Assembly (NCBI GenBank): GCA_910584725.1
Contig: CAJUBE010000006.1
Coordinates: 14,801-78,800 of the forward strand
Origin: an uncultured Lachnospiraceae bacterium
Lineage (GTDB): Bacteria; Bacillota; Clostridia; Lachnospirales; Lachnospiraceae
Reading direction: 5' to 3'
Length of the DNA stretch: 64,000 nt
Both the position numbers and the translations under genes were made by a program. This document shows positions 36,202-44,708 of the stretch, in pieces. The notes beneath the pieces are model-generated. The model saw only the letters and a list, made by a program, of their open reading frames with translations, was not told where the DNA came from and did not search any database. Each line of letters opens with the position of its first letter. Within the stretch, counting starts at the first letter, position 1.

Positions 36202-36224
36202 AAAAAAGAGCCCCGAAGGACTCC
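36202..36224 (-). terminator. intrinsic terminator after the MATE remnant
   Basis: Minus strand reads ggagtcc-ttcg-gggctc followed by TTTTTT. Confidence 0.6.
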
Positions 36225-36271
36225 ATCAAAAATTCACGCTCAACAAAAAATGTAACTTTGTCCAAATATTT

Positions 36272-36670
36272 TCATCCCATAGTCTCCCGCCGATACACCC
36301 ACAACAGACAAAGGCACAAAAACACATCCGCCAGAAACCACGCGCACACTTCTCCCCAGAACACACCCGCCTGACCTATCTTCTTTGTCAGGAAAAAGGC
36401 GCAGCCCACCCGCATAGCAAGCTGCAAAAAACTGGAGCACATGGGCAGCAGCGTATTTCCCATCCCCTGCACGCACCCAAACATGACAAACTCCAGCCAC
36501 TCTGTCGCACCCAGAGCCGCCAGTGCCGTCACACCGAGATATTTTCCCACGATCATCGTGTCCACAAAGGTATACAGCTGCTGAAACACATTGCCGACCA
36601 TCAGGGAGAAGGCAAATCCAATCAGCAGGACAAACGGGCTGCCCTCCGTCATGTCTTTCGCACTTTTCAT
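36272..36670 (-). pseudogene. internally deleted MATE-family efflux transporter remnant
   Basis: The first ~60 aa (DMTEGSPFVLLIGFAFSLMVGNVFQQLYTFVDTMIVGKYLGVTALAALGA) match a MATE N-terminus. The last ~50 aa resemble a MATE C-terminus. It is 132 aa in total versus about 450 expected. Confidence 0.6.
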
Positions 36671-36696
36671 CGCATTCCTGAACCTGCCCTCTCCGC

Positions 36697-37305
36697 CTAT
36701 TCGGAAGAAATCTCCGTTTCCGCCGTTTCCATGCCCTCCGGCATCCCCACATTCGTCTCCGCATTCTGGGACGCCTCAAAGGGATCTTCATACTCCTTCT
36801 CTTCCTCCTCGCCCCAGAGCGAATCCCATTCCTTGTGCTCGCCCTCCGTATTCATTGCCGCCATCTCTTTCGCCATCTTATAGATATCCATGTTAAAATC
36901 CATCAGCTTCTTTTCGTCCTGTGCGGGCACGCGGTCGCCCCGGCTGATTCTTCTGGCAATTTCCAGACACTTTGCCATATTCTCGCCATACTCCTTCATA
37001 GCATCCGCCTGCTGCTCGGAAACCACGCTGTTAAAGATGCCGACCTCCTGCTCGATCAAGTCATCCAGCGTCTTCTCATTTTTGTCAATCTGCCCGGAAA
37101 GCTCATCGATTTTCTCCTGCAGTTCTTTTTCCCGCTGCATGTAGGCTTCGGAAAGCTCAAAAGTCACGCCCTGCTCCTCGCTCTTCTTTCTCGCCTCCTC
37201 CATCTTTTTGCGGTTTTCCTCCCGCTGCTTCACAAAATCCCTTTTCTCTCCCCTTAAAAGACCAAGCTGCTGCCTGTAAGCTTTCTGCGCTTCTCCGATT
37301 TTCAT
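36697..37305 (-). CDS. hypothetical coiled-coil, acidic protein
   Basis: 202-aa ORF rich in E/K heptads. No motif recognised. Confidence 0.45.
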   Translation of the reverse strand: MKIGEAQKAYRQQLGLLRGEKRDFVKQREENRKKMEEARKKSEEQGVTFELSEAYMQREKELQEKIDELSGQIDKNEKTLDDLIEQEVGIFNSVVSEQQADAMKEYGENMAKCLEIARRISRGDRVPAQDEKKLMDFNMDIYKMAKEMAAMNTEGEHKEWDSLWGEEEEKEYEDPFEASQNAETNVGMPEGMETAETEISSE

Positions 37306-37605
37306 GGTATCACTTCCTTATGATGGTTAGACGCATCCTTGCGCCCGTCTTGGTTATGAATATCCTGCGCTGCAAATTTTTCTGCCGGAGTATTCTGTTA
37401 CTGTTTTATCATTAATATCGGCATATTTAATGAGTTCCTACAGTCGATGCACAACTATCTTGCAAAAATGTCTGACCGAAATTTTGCAGGCAGAGGGGCG
37501 ACTTTGAATTACAAAAGAATAAAATGTGTATTCTTCTTGCCCACATTAAACACCCATGGTATAGTGTATCTACAATACATATCATTAATATACGGAGGTA
37601 AAGGC

Positions 37606-38046
37606 ATGGCTGAAGAACACAAGAAGGGCTTAGATGCCGGGCTGGTAGGAAACGATTTGGAAAACTGCTGCAGAAAAGAAACGACATGTGGACAGTGTCA
37701 GAAAAGCAACTGTATCATCGGATACGGAAAGCAGTGCATCAACGATTACAAACAGGCGCCTAAAAAGGAAGTTGCGCAGGGAATGGCTCATATTCCCACA
37801 ATGGACTTCAAGGTGTTTGACGAGGCAGAACTGGAAACGGCGATCGCGCATATCCTGAAAGAATGTAAAGACTGTAAGGAAGACCACACGGACGACTGCA
37901 TCATCAATGTCATAAGGAGCTGCTACGAGGTAGGGCTTTTGGGCGACGTGCAGCCGTATGAAGGCAGCGCCCTGCAGTATCTGATGTATATCAAGGAGAA
38001 CTTCCCGGAGAAGTCTCTCCATATTGCCGACCTTTACAGGAGCTGA
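37606..38046 (+). CDS. hypothetical Cys-rich protein
   Basis: GGAGG lies 7 nt upstream of the ATG at 37606. Cys clusters NCCRKETTCGQCQKSNC and ECKDCKEDHTDDC. A terminator follows. Confidence 0.5.
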   Translation: MAEEHKKGLDAGLVGNDLENCCRKETTCGQCQKSNCIIGYGKQCINDYKQAPKKEVAQGMAHIPTMDFKVFDEAELETAIAHILKECKDCKEDHTDDCIINVIRSCYEVGLLGDVQPYEGSALQYLMYIKENFPEKSLHIADLYRS

Positions 38047-38058
38047 TAAGCTTCCTAA

Positions 38059-38089
38059 GCACTTAAGAGAAATCTTAGGTGCTTTTTTC
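38059..38089 (+). terminator. intrinsic terminator
   Basis: gcacttaag-agaaat-cttaggtgc followed by TTTTTT. Confidence 0.7.
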
Positions 38090-38228
38090 TGCCACGAAAT
38101 AAATCAGCCTTACTGCTTGTCTGACTCATGTATTTCTGAACTTTAGACAAAACTAGCCACATAAAGTCGGGCAGGCCACCTGATACAAAGCTATACTGCA
38201 ATTACAGCAAACGCAAAGGAGATCACAC

Positions 38229-38489
38229 ATGGAATGGATGAAGGCAATCGAAGATGCTGTAACATACATTGAAACGCATATCACGGAGGAGATCGACACG
38301 GAAGCCGTGGCAAGGCACGTCTGCATCTCGCCCTTCTATTTTCAGAAAGGCTTCAGCATACTCTGCGGCTACACAGTAGCCGAATACATCCGCAATCGCA
38401 GGCTTGCCCTCGCAGGAACAGTAAATGAAACGCAGCCGCATGATATCTTACCGTCGTGCGGCTGCTTGCGGTTTGCGGTTATTCTTTGA
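38229..38489 (+). pseudogene. 5' fragment of an AraC-family (GyrI-like effector domain type) regulator gene
   Basis: MEWMKAIEDAVTYIETHITEEIDTEAVARHVCISPFYFQKGFSILCGYTVAEYIRNRRLALAG is only the first HTH. Homology stops near 38410, and the reading frame then runs into the adjacent cassette. Confidence 0.6.
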
Positions 38490-38694
38490 TTCTGTCAATC
38501 TCCGCCATGTTGACACCCAAACTGTTCAGTAATGCTTTCAATGAGATATATTGTATTTTTAATTCCGCATAGGTTCTTGTGGCATTTTCTTCTTTTGCTA
38601 TTACCATATATCTTTGCACTTTTTCAAAATCTTCCAATCCTCTTTGTATAATTTCCCCATTATTCATATCTTCCATTACCTCCATACATATCAC
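38479..38694 (-). CDS. small helical protein, paralog A (unknown family)
   Basis: 65-71 aa ending ...LKALLNSLGVNMAEIDRIKE; about 40% identical to 41790..41987. The start codon is ambiguous (38694, 38685, 38676 or 38667). Confidence 0.55.
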   Translation of the reverse strand: MICMEVMEDMNNGEIIQRGLEDFEKVQRYMVIAKEENATRTYAELKIQYISLKALLNSLGVNMAEIDRIKE

Positions 38695-38732
38695 CGCCTT
38701 TTAATTAGTGACTGTTACTTGCTACTAATATT

Positions 38733-38761
38733 ATTATAGTGGTTTTGCGGGAAAGTGTAAA
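38733..38761 (-). promoter_or_regulatory. consensus sigma-A promoter of small gene A
   Basis: Minus strand reads TTTACA ctttcccgcaaaaccac TATAAT (17-nt spacer), nearly identical to 42030..42058. Confidence 0.6.
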
Positions 38762-38767
38762 GTCTGT

Positions 38768-40774
38768 TCATTTTCTCACAATCCGATAATAAGTCCCCGC
38801 CGTCATCACATAACTTCCCCCGTAGAGAAGCGCCACCACCGCCGCCACACCCACACAGCAGCGAATCAAAAGCCCGGTGTCGAAAAACCGCAGCGCCGCC
38901 AGAAGCCCGTTCACCATCACAAGTCCCGCCGCCGTGTGCAGAAGCGCCCCCACAAGAGGCAGGAAAAACACGAGAAGAATCTGCCTGCGGATCGTTCCTC
39001 GGATTTCCGCGTCGCTCATGCCGACCTTCCTCATAATCCCGAAACTGTCCTGATCCTCGTACCCTTCCGACACCTGTTTAAAGTACATGATGAGCAGCAG
39101 GCACATAAAGAACAGAAGCCCGAATACCATACCGATAAAGAGCAGGCCGCCGTTCATGGATCGGTCCTCATCCCTGCCATCCAGACCATTATCAAGCCGC
39201 AGAAAACCCTGCTGCCCCTGACACCACACCGACCACGCTTCGATAAAGGCGTCCCGCTCCGTCTCCTTCCCGTCAAGCAGAATGCCGAGACGCCTCTCAC
39301 CGCTGTGCAGAAACCCTTCCAGATCGGTCACGCCGTTCGTCACCGCCCATGCCGACACAAACCGATCAAACGCCTGCCGGTCCTTCACCACAATCACATA
39401 TTGGGCGGTAAAGTTGAACATCCTGTTTTTTGCCTGCGGAAAAGGATAAATGCGCTCCGGCTCCTCCTTGACCGCCGCTTCCACACCCAAAAAGTTTACG
39501 CCGTCATACCCGAAAGCCGATCCCGTGGAGTACAGCAGCACTTCGTCCTCCCCCAGACTTTTATTCTGCCCTTCCAGACGATTATAGTCATCCAACAAAA
39601 GCAGCGTGACAGCGAACTGGTCAGCAAATTCCATTCCGGCGGCGGATACAAACGCATTGCTTCCCTCGGACCTTCCGCAGTTAAGTACCATGGCGTAGTA
39701 ATCGTCCAGCCGCCCTACTCCCTGCCCGTACTTTTCTGAGAGTTCCGCCGCCTTCTCCCGCGCCTTTTCCACCACATCGCTGTTCTCCGAATAGGAAACT
39801 TCCATATCATATGGGTAATCATAGTAGGCGATCTGATCCATCCCCGTCCACAAAGTGACCGTACAGGTCAACGTAATCAGAAGCATTGTGGAGAAAATGC
39901 AGATATTGGACAGCCCCGCCGCATTCTTTTTCATGCGGTACAACATGCCCGAGATGGTCACCTGATTGGACGGTCTGTAGTATATCTTTTTCCTTTTCTT
40001 CAAAAACCGCAGGAAAGCCACGCTCCCCGAGGTGAACAGAAAATACGTGCCCAGAACCACAAGCAATACCGCCAGAAAAAAGTCCGTAAAAATCATGCTG
40101 TCCAGTTTGCTGGTGACGGAAATATAATAGCCGCACGCCAGAAGAACCACGCCCGCCGCAGTCCACAGCCCGATCCGCCGGGGCTCCTTCTCCCCCTTCC
40201 TGCTCTCGGACAAAAGCTCTGTCGGCTTCATGCGGTAAAAGCCCCAAAGGCTTTTTACATAGACGCAGAGAAAGACAGCCGCAAAATATCGGAGCGTCTC
40301 GATGACCGCATCCATGGAAAAACGAAACGCCACATCCACAGGTAACCGCGACATGCGAAGCAGCAGGAGAAACATCAGCTTATTCAGCACAAAACCGAGT
40401 ATGATCCCCGCCGAAACGCTGACCAGATACATTCCCAGATTTTCCCAGAAAAGCATGATGCCGATGTGCTTCCGTTCCAGTCCCAAAAGGCTGTAAAGTC
40501 CCAGCTCCCGCTTCCGACGTTTCTGTAAAAAACTGCCCGCATAGAGCAGAAACAACAGCAGAATGCTGGAGAGCAGCCCCTTTCCCAGCGCGAGCATCAG
40601 CCACGCATACGCCGCCTTTGGCAGTCTCTCCATCAAGTCGTTGTGCAGAAGGGAAGAGAACAGATAATAGCTGAACACGGAAAAAAAGCACGCCATGAGA
40701 TAGGGACGGTAAACCAGCTTATTCTGCTTCACTCCTCTGAACGCCATGACCGGCAGTAATTTCATTTTATTCAT
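38768..40774 (-). CDS. BceB-type ABC permease (FtsX domains, 10 TM, large extracellular loop)
   Basis: About 670 aa with two FtsX-like halves and a ~200-aa loop, immediately downstream of a MacB/BceA-type ATPase. Confidence 0.85.
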   Translation of the reverse strand: MNKMKLLPVMAFRGVKQNKLVYRPYLMACFFSVFSYYLFSSLLHNDLMERLPKAAYAWLMLALGKGLLSSILLLFLLYAGSFLQKRRKRELGLYSLLGLERKHIGIMLFWENLGMYLVSVSAGIILGFVLNKLMFLLLLRMSRLPVDVAFRFSMDAVIETLRYFAAVFLCVYVKSLWGFYRMKPTELLSESRKGEKEPRRIGLWTAAGVVLLACGYYISVTSKLDSMIFTDFFLAVLLVVLGTYFLFTSGSVAFLRFLKKRKKIYYRPSNQVTISGMLYRMKKNAAGLSNICIFSTMLLITLTCTVTLWTGMDQIAYYDYPYDMEVSYSENSDVVEKAREKAAELSEKYGQGVGRLDDYYAMVLNCGRSEGSNAFVSAAGMEFADQFAVTLLLLDDYNRLEGQNKSLGEDEVLLYSTGSAFGYDGVNFLGVEAAVKEEPERIYPFPQAKNRMFNFTAQYVIVVKDRQAFDRFVSAWAVTNGVTDLEGFLHSGERRLGILLDGKETERDAFIEAWSVWCQGQQGFLRLDNGLDGRDEDRSMNGGLLFIGMVFGLLFFMCLLLIMYFKQVSEGYEDQDSFGIMRKVGMSDAEIRGTIRRQILLVFFLPLVGALLHTAAGLVMVNGLLAALRFFDTGLLIRCCVGVAAVVALLYGGSYVMTAGTYYRIVRK

Positions 40775-40799
40775 AGTCACACTCACCTCCCAGCTCCCT

Positions 40800-41600
40800 C
40801 TATGCCTGCCCTTCCACGTCAACATCACCCGCCGTATATTCCTGCCCGTCCTGCGCCTGCATCACCGTCAAGGCGTCCGATATCATGCGGTACATTTCGT
40901 CTCTGCTCCGTTCGCCCCGGTAAATCTGGTGGAACACGCAGCCGTCCTTGATAAAGAGCACTCGCCCCGCGTGCGCCGCCGCCTGAATGCTGTGGGTCAC
41001 CATGAGAATCGTCTGCCCCTCCCCGTTTATTTCCCCGAAAAGTTTCAAGAGTTTCCCGGACGCTCTGGAATCCAGCGCCCCCGTGGGCTCGTCCGCCAGC
41101 ACGATATCGGGATCCGTGATCAAGGCGCGGCACACCGCCGCCCGCTGTTTCTGTCCACCCGACACTTCGTAGGGATATTTATCCAGAAGATCCGCGATCG
41201 CCAGTTTGCGGGCAAGAGGCAAAAGACGCTCCTCCATCTCCCGGTAAGGCATCCCTGCCAGCACCAGAGGCAGGAAAATATTGTCCCGCAGGGACATGGT
41301 GTCAAGCAGGTTAAAATCCTGAAAGACAAAGCCCAGATGATCCCGTCTGAACGCGCACAAATCCTTCTGGCTGACCTTGGAGAGTTCCTGCCCATTTAAA
41401 AGCACCTGTCCGCTGGTCGCCGTGTCCAGAGAAGCCAGAATGTTTAGGAGCGTGGTCTTTCCCGAGCCGGACTCCCCCATGATTGCCACATACTCCCCTT
41501 CCTCCACGGAAAAGTTCACGTCGTTTAACGCCTGCACCTTGACCGAGCCGAAGCGGGTGGTATATATTTTCTTCACATTTTTTACGGTTAACAGTGACAT
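40800..41600 (-). CDS. BceA-type ABC ATP-binding protein
   Basis: Walker A GESGSGKTTLLN, signature VSGGQKQR, Walker B ILADEPTGALD. Confidence 0.9.
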   Translation of the reverse strand: MSLLTVKNVKKIYTTRFGSVKVQALNDVNFSVEEGEYVAIMGESGSGKTTLLNILASLDTATSGQVLLNGQELSKVSQKDLCAFRRDHLGFVFQDFNLLDTMSLRDNIFLPLVLAGMPYREMEERLLPLARKLAIADLLDKYPYEVSGGQKQRAAVCRALITDPDIVLADEPTGALDSRASGKLLKLFGEINGEGQTILMVTHSIQAAAHAGRVLFIKDGCVFHQIYRGERSRDEMYRMISDALTVMQAQDGQEYTAGDVDVEGQA

Positions 41601-41763
41601 GTTTGCCCTCCTCTACTGCTTTTATTACAACAAGCCCGACTTCCACGCTTTCTGTCAATCATCGGCAGGCTCATACGATCTGTCAATTGCTTATCACTGA
41701 TATTATCATAAGCAAAAGGGAAATGCGCTGCCATGGATCCGGCTTACATTTCCCTCTCGTAAC

Positions 41764-41777
41764 TTACATTTTTGTAA
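41764..41777. promoter_or_regulatory. candidate BceR-type response-regulator binding site
   Basis: TTACA-tttt-TGTAA fits, as I recall it, the TNACA-N4-TGTAA inverted repeat reported upstream of BceAB-type transporters. It lies about 165 nt upstream of the ATPase start. Confidence 0.45.
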
Positions 41778-41789
41778 GATATTTGTTGG

Positions 41790-41987
41790 CTATTCTTTTA
41801 TTCTGTCAATGTCTGTAAGATTAATGCCCGAAGATGTGAGTATTACTTTCAAGGTATTATATCTTACTTTCATAGCCTCATATACTTTAGAATCTTTATC
41901 CGCCAAAAGCATATAACTTTGTAACTGCACAAATTCCTCAATGTTCTTTTGCATCATTTCTTTTTCCGTCATTTCTAACACCTCCAT
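41790..41987 (-). CDS. small helical protein, paralog B (unknown family)
   Basis: MEVLEMTEKEMMQKNIEEFVQLQSYMLLADKDSKVYEAMKVRYNTLKVILTSSGINLTDIDRIKE. GGAGG lies 8 nt upstream of the internal ATG (MTEKE). Confidence 0.55.
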   Translation of the reverse strand: MEVLEMTEKEMMQKNIEEFVQLQSYMLLADKDSKVYEAMKVRYNTLKVILTSSGINLTDIDRIKE

Positions 41988-42029
41988 GCCATCACCGCCT
42001 TCTAACAGCTATTACCTGCTACTATAATA

Positions 42030-42058
42030 ATTATAACGATTTCAAGGGAAAGTGTAAA
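42030..42058 (-). promoter_or_regulatory. consensus sigma-A promoter of small gene B
   Basis: Minus strand reads TTTACA ctttcccttgaaatcgt TATAAT (17-nt spacer). Confidence 0.6.
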
Positions 42059-42064
42059 GCCGAT

Positions 42065-43147
42065 TCAATCGTTCAACTGAGAAGCCTCCTGCGCGATGCC
42101 GAGAAACACCTTCGTCCCTCCGCCCCGCTTCGACTCCACATGGATGGACAGCCCCAGCCTGTCCATGATCTGCCTGCACAGATACAGCCCGATGCCTGTG
42201 GACTTATTTTCCATGCGCCCGTTATATCCCGTAAATCCCCGCTCAAAAATACGCGGCAGATCGCTCTCCTCGATGCCAATGCCCGTATCCTCAATGACAA
42301 GATAGCCGCAGCCATCCGTGACACGCACACCCCTATCGTCCGTCCCGTATATGGAGATCGCGCCCTCTTTCGTGTACTTTAGCGCGTTGGACAGCACCTG
42401 CTCTATCACAAAGGAAAACCACTTGCCGTCCGTGACCACATAGGTATGACACGCCTCCAACTGTAGGCTGATCCCCGCCCCGCTGAACAGAAGCCAGAAC
42501 TTTTTGAGCGCTTTCTTCACCAGCTCGTCCACGTCCAGCCTTGCAAAAGAAAGATCGGAGGAAATGCTCTCCATTCTGGCATAGTGGAGCGCCATATCCA
42601 CATACTGTCCCGTCTTGAAAACTTCCTCCCGGAGCTGTTTTGCAATCTGCCTTTCCACATCACCGTCCGCCGTCTTGCTCTCATTTTCGCCTGCGGCTGC
42701 GTCAATATTCTGTAAAAGCAGGTCCATAGCCGAGAGCGGCACCTTGATCTGGTGCGTCCACATGGTGTAATAGTCCGCCATGTTCTGCTGCTTCTCGTCA
42801 AGTTGTGTCACCAGCGCCTTTTTCTCCGCCTCCTGCGCTATAACAATCTGCTGATAAGCCCGCTCCATGCCGGAGGAGGTCTGCGGCAGGCTGTCACTTC
42901 TCTCCTCCGCCGACAGGATATTCGCCAAAGCCTTATACTTTTCCCGGTATTTCATATAATCCCACACAAGAAAACAGCCGCCGAAAAAAGCCGCAAGCCC
43001 CAGCGCATAGGTCATATTCGCAAGCACACCCGCATAGCCGTAGAGCGCGGCTACCATCATAAAAAGACACGCTTCTATTACATAAAATAAAACCGGGGCA
43101 AGCCGCTCACGCAGATATGCCGCCGGTATATGGGTTTTCTTTTCCAT
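42065..43147 (-). CDS. BceS-type intramembrane-sensing histidine kinase
   Basis: Two N-terminal TM helices with a minimal loop, H-box TMWTHQIKVPLSAM, HATPase motifs NALKYT and DTGIGI. Confidence 0.85.
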   Translation of the reverse strand: MEKKTHIPAAYLRERLAPVLFYVIEACLFMMVAALYGYAGVLANMTYALGLAAFFGGCFLVWDYMKYREKYKALANILSAEERSDSLPQTSSGMERAYQQIVIAQEAEKKALVTQLDEKQQNMADYYTMWTHQIKVPLSAMDLLLQNIDAAAGENESKTADGDVERQIAKQLREEVFKTGQYVDMALHYARMESISSDLSFARLDVDELVKKALKKFWLLFSGAGISLQLEACHTYVVTDGKWFSFVIEQVLSNALKYTKEGAISIYGTDDRGVRVTDGCGYLVIEDTGIGIEESDLPRIFERGFTGYNGRMENKSTGIGLYLCRQIMDRLGLSIHVESKRGGGTKVFLGIAQEASQLND

Positions 43148-43150
43148 TTC

Positions 43151-43549
43151 CTAATATCGCTCCAAAAATTCTGCCATTGTAACAATCTCCGGCATCTCTA
43201 CATCCAAAACCAAAAAATCCTTATCCCCTGTGACAAATACGTCAATGCCTTCCATAATCATAGTAGCCAGTATTGGTGCATCCTTTACATCGCGCATTTC
43301 CGGAAACTCACCCAAATCCAAAGTTTTCGGTGTATAAACCAACTCAAAAGGAAGTTCCATAAAAAAACGGTCAAGAAACTTCCTCTTTGCAGGAAACTTC
43401 CTGTCTGTCACAAGCCGCAGCTCCTCAATCACATAGTCACACACCACAATCTGATAACTGTCCGCCAATCGCTTTGCCAGTCCCCTTGTCTGCGCAGACG
43501 GATAGAAAATCATGGAAATAAAAATGTTGGTATCAAGCATTACCCGCAA
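43151..43549 (-). CDS. PIN-domain toxin (VapC-like)
   Basis: MRVMLDTNIFIS...CDYVIEEL...DVKDAPILAT...FVTGDKDF carries the acidic residues of a PIN fold. Confidence 0.8.
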   Translation of the reverse strand: MRVMLDTNIFISMIFYPSAQTRGLAKRLADSYQIVVCDYVIEELRLVTDRKFPAKRKFLDRFFMELPFELVYTPKTLDLGEFPEMRDVKDAPILATMIMEGIDVFVTGDKDFLVLDVEMPEIVTMAEFLERY

Positions 43550-43550
43550 A

Positions 43551-43808
43551 TTAATACCTCCTTACTTCCCTTCGGATTTCCTTCATATAATCCTGCATTT
43601 CTTCCTCTGTTGCAAACCCAGCCCTTTGTGCTTCACCCGCAAACGCTTCCTCCGCCCGTTTAAATGCCAACATTGCAGAGTTTTCAAAATAGAATCTGCC
43701 ATTTTCCTCGAAAATCACAATCTTATCTCCAGCTTTCAGCTTCAAAGCATTTCGCACCGATACGGGAATGGTAATCTGTCCTTTGCTGGAAAGTTTTGCT
43801 ACTTCCAT
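43551..43808 (-). CDS. AbrB/MazE/SpoVT-family antitoxin
   Basis: LSSKGQITIPVSVRNALKLKAGDKIVIFEENG is a swapped-hairpin barrel motif. Its stop is 1 nt from the PIN start. Confidence 0.8.
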   Translation of the reverse strand: MEVAKLSSKGQITIPVSVRNALKLKAGDKIVIFEENGRFYFENSAMLAFKRAEEAFAGEAQRAGFATEEEMQDYMKEIRREVRRY

Positions 43809-43931
43809 AATTCATCATCCTTTCAAATCCGATACTTGGTTTTCTTTACTTTCTTTACCTTTATTATATGCAACAGAATACATAATATCAATCTTTTCAG
43901 TAATGATTTTTATGGACAATAAACGAAAGCA

Positions 43932-44708
43932 TTAATCCGTCTCCCCCAGCAGATACCCCACGCCCTTCTTCGTCTGAATCAGCTCTGACAGCCCGATTTC
44001 CCCAAGCCGCCTGCGCAGGCGGTTCATGTTCACCGTGAGGGTATTGTCATCCACAAAACACTCATTGTCCCAGAGCCGCTTCATCAGCAGATCCCTGCTG
44101 ACCACGCCGCCCGACGCCTCGAAGAGTGTCTGCAAGATGCGGAACTCATTTTTTGTCAGTTCAATGCGTCCGCCGTCTTTTTCCTTCGCCACCGTCTTTT
44201 CCAAAGCTGGCGCGCAGCCCTGCGTGTCTGCCTTATCCTGCACAGATTCCGCCATCCTTTTGCGGCAGGAAAGTGACATATCCGTCATGTTTAACAACAC
44301 ACCCTTATACTCCAGCACCGTCCCCGGCGCCGTGAACGCATAGGCACGCCTTAAGAGCGCCTGTATCTTTGCCTGCAATATCTCCAAATCAAAGGGCTTT
44401 ACCACAAAGTCGTCGCCGCCCATATTGACCGCCATCACCACGTTCATGTTATCCGAAGCCGACGAGATAAAGATAATCGGCACCTGCGACACTTTGCGGA
44501 TTTCGCCGCACCAGTAGTAGCCGTTGTAAAAGGGCAGACCGATGTCCAGCAGCACAAGCTGGGGATCGCAGGATGCAAACTGCCCCATCACATCCGAAAA
44601 ATCTTTGACCGTCTCCACCTCGTAGCCCCACTTTTCCAGATATTTGCCGATCTGCTCTGCGATGACTGCGTCGTCCTCCACCACAAGTATTTTGTACATT
44701 TTAATCAT
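43932..44708 (-). CDS. BceR-type OmpR-family response regulator (with a ~30-aa insertion)
   Basis: Receiver ILVVEDD...LVLLDIGLPFYNG...SSASD...DDFVVKPF and wHTH TVNMNRLRRRLGE...TKKGVGY. Alternative start at 44699 (MYKIL). Confidence 0.85.
   Translation of the reverse strand: MIKMYKILVVEDDAVIAEQIGKYLEKWGYEVETVKDFSDVMGQFASCDPQLVLLDIGLPFYNGYYWCGEIRKVSQVPIIFISSASDNMNVVMAVNMGGDDFVVKPFDLEILQAKIQALLRRAYAFTAPGTVLEYKGVLLNMTDMSLSCRKRMAESVQDKADTQGCAPALEKTVAKEKDGGRIELTKNEFRILQTLFEASGGVVSRDLLMKRLWDNECFVDDNTLTVNMNRLRRRLGEIGLSELIQTKKGVGYLLGETD

Noticed and set aside
36240-36791. 183-aa ORF overlapping the MATE remnant in another frame
   Set aside because: The translation is Arg/Cys/Gly-rich nonsense. The overlapping frame has recognisable MATE N- and C-terminal sequence.
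41763-41778. cttacatttttgtaag read as a terminator of small gene B
   Set aside because: It is only a 6-bp AT-rich stem with a 4-nt loop and no U-tract. It fits the TNACA-N4-TGTAA regulator-box pattern upstream of the ABC transporter better.
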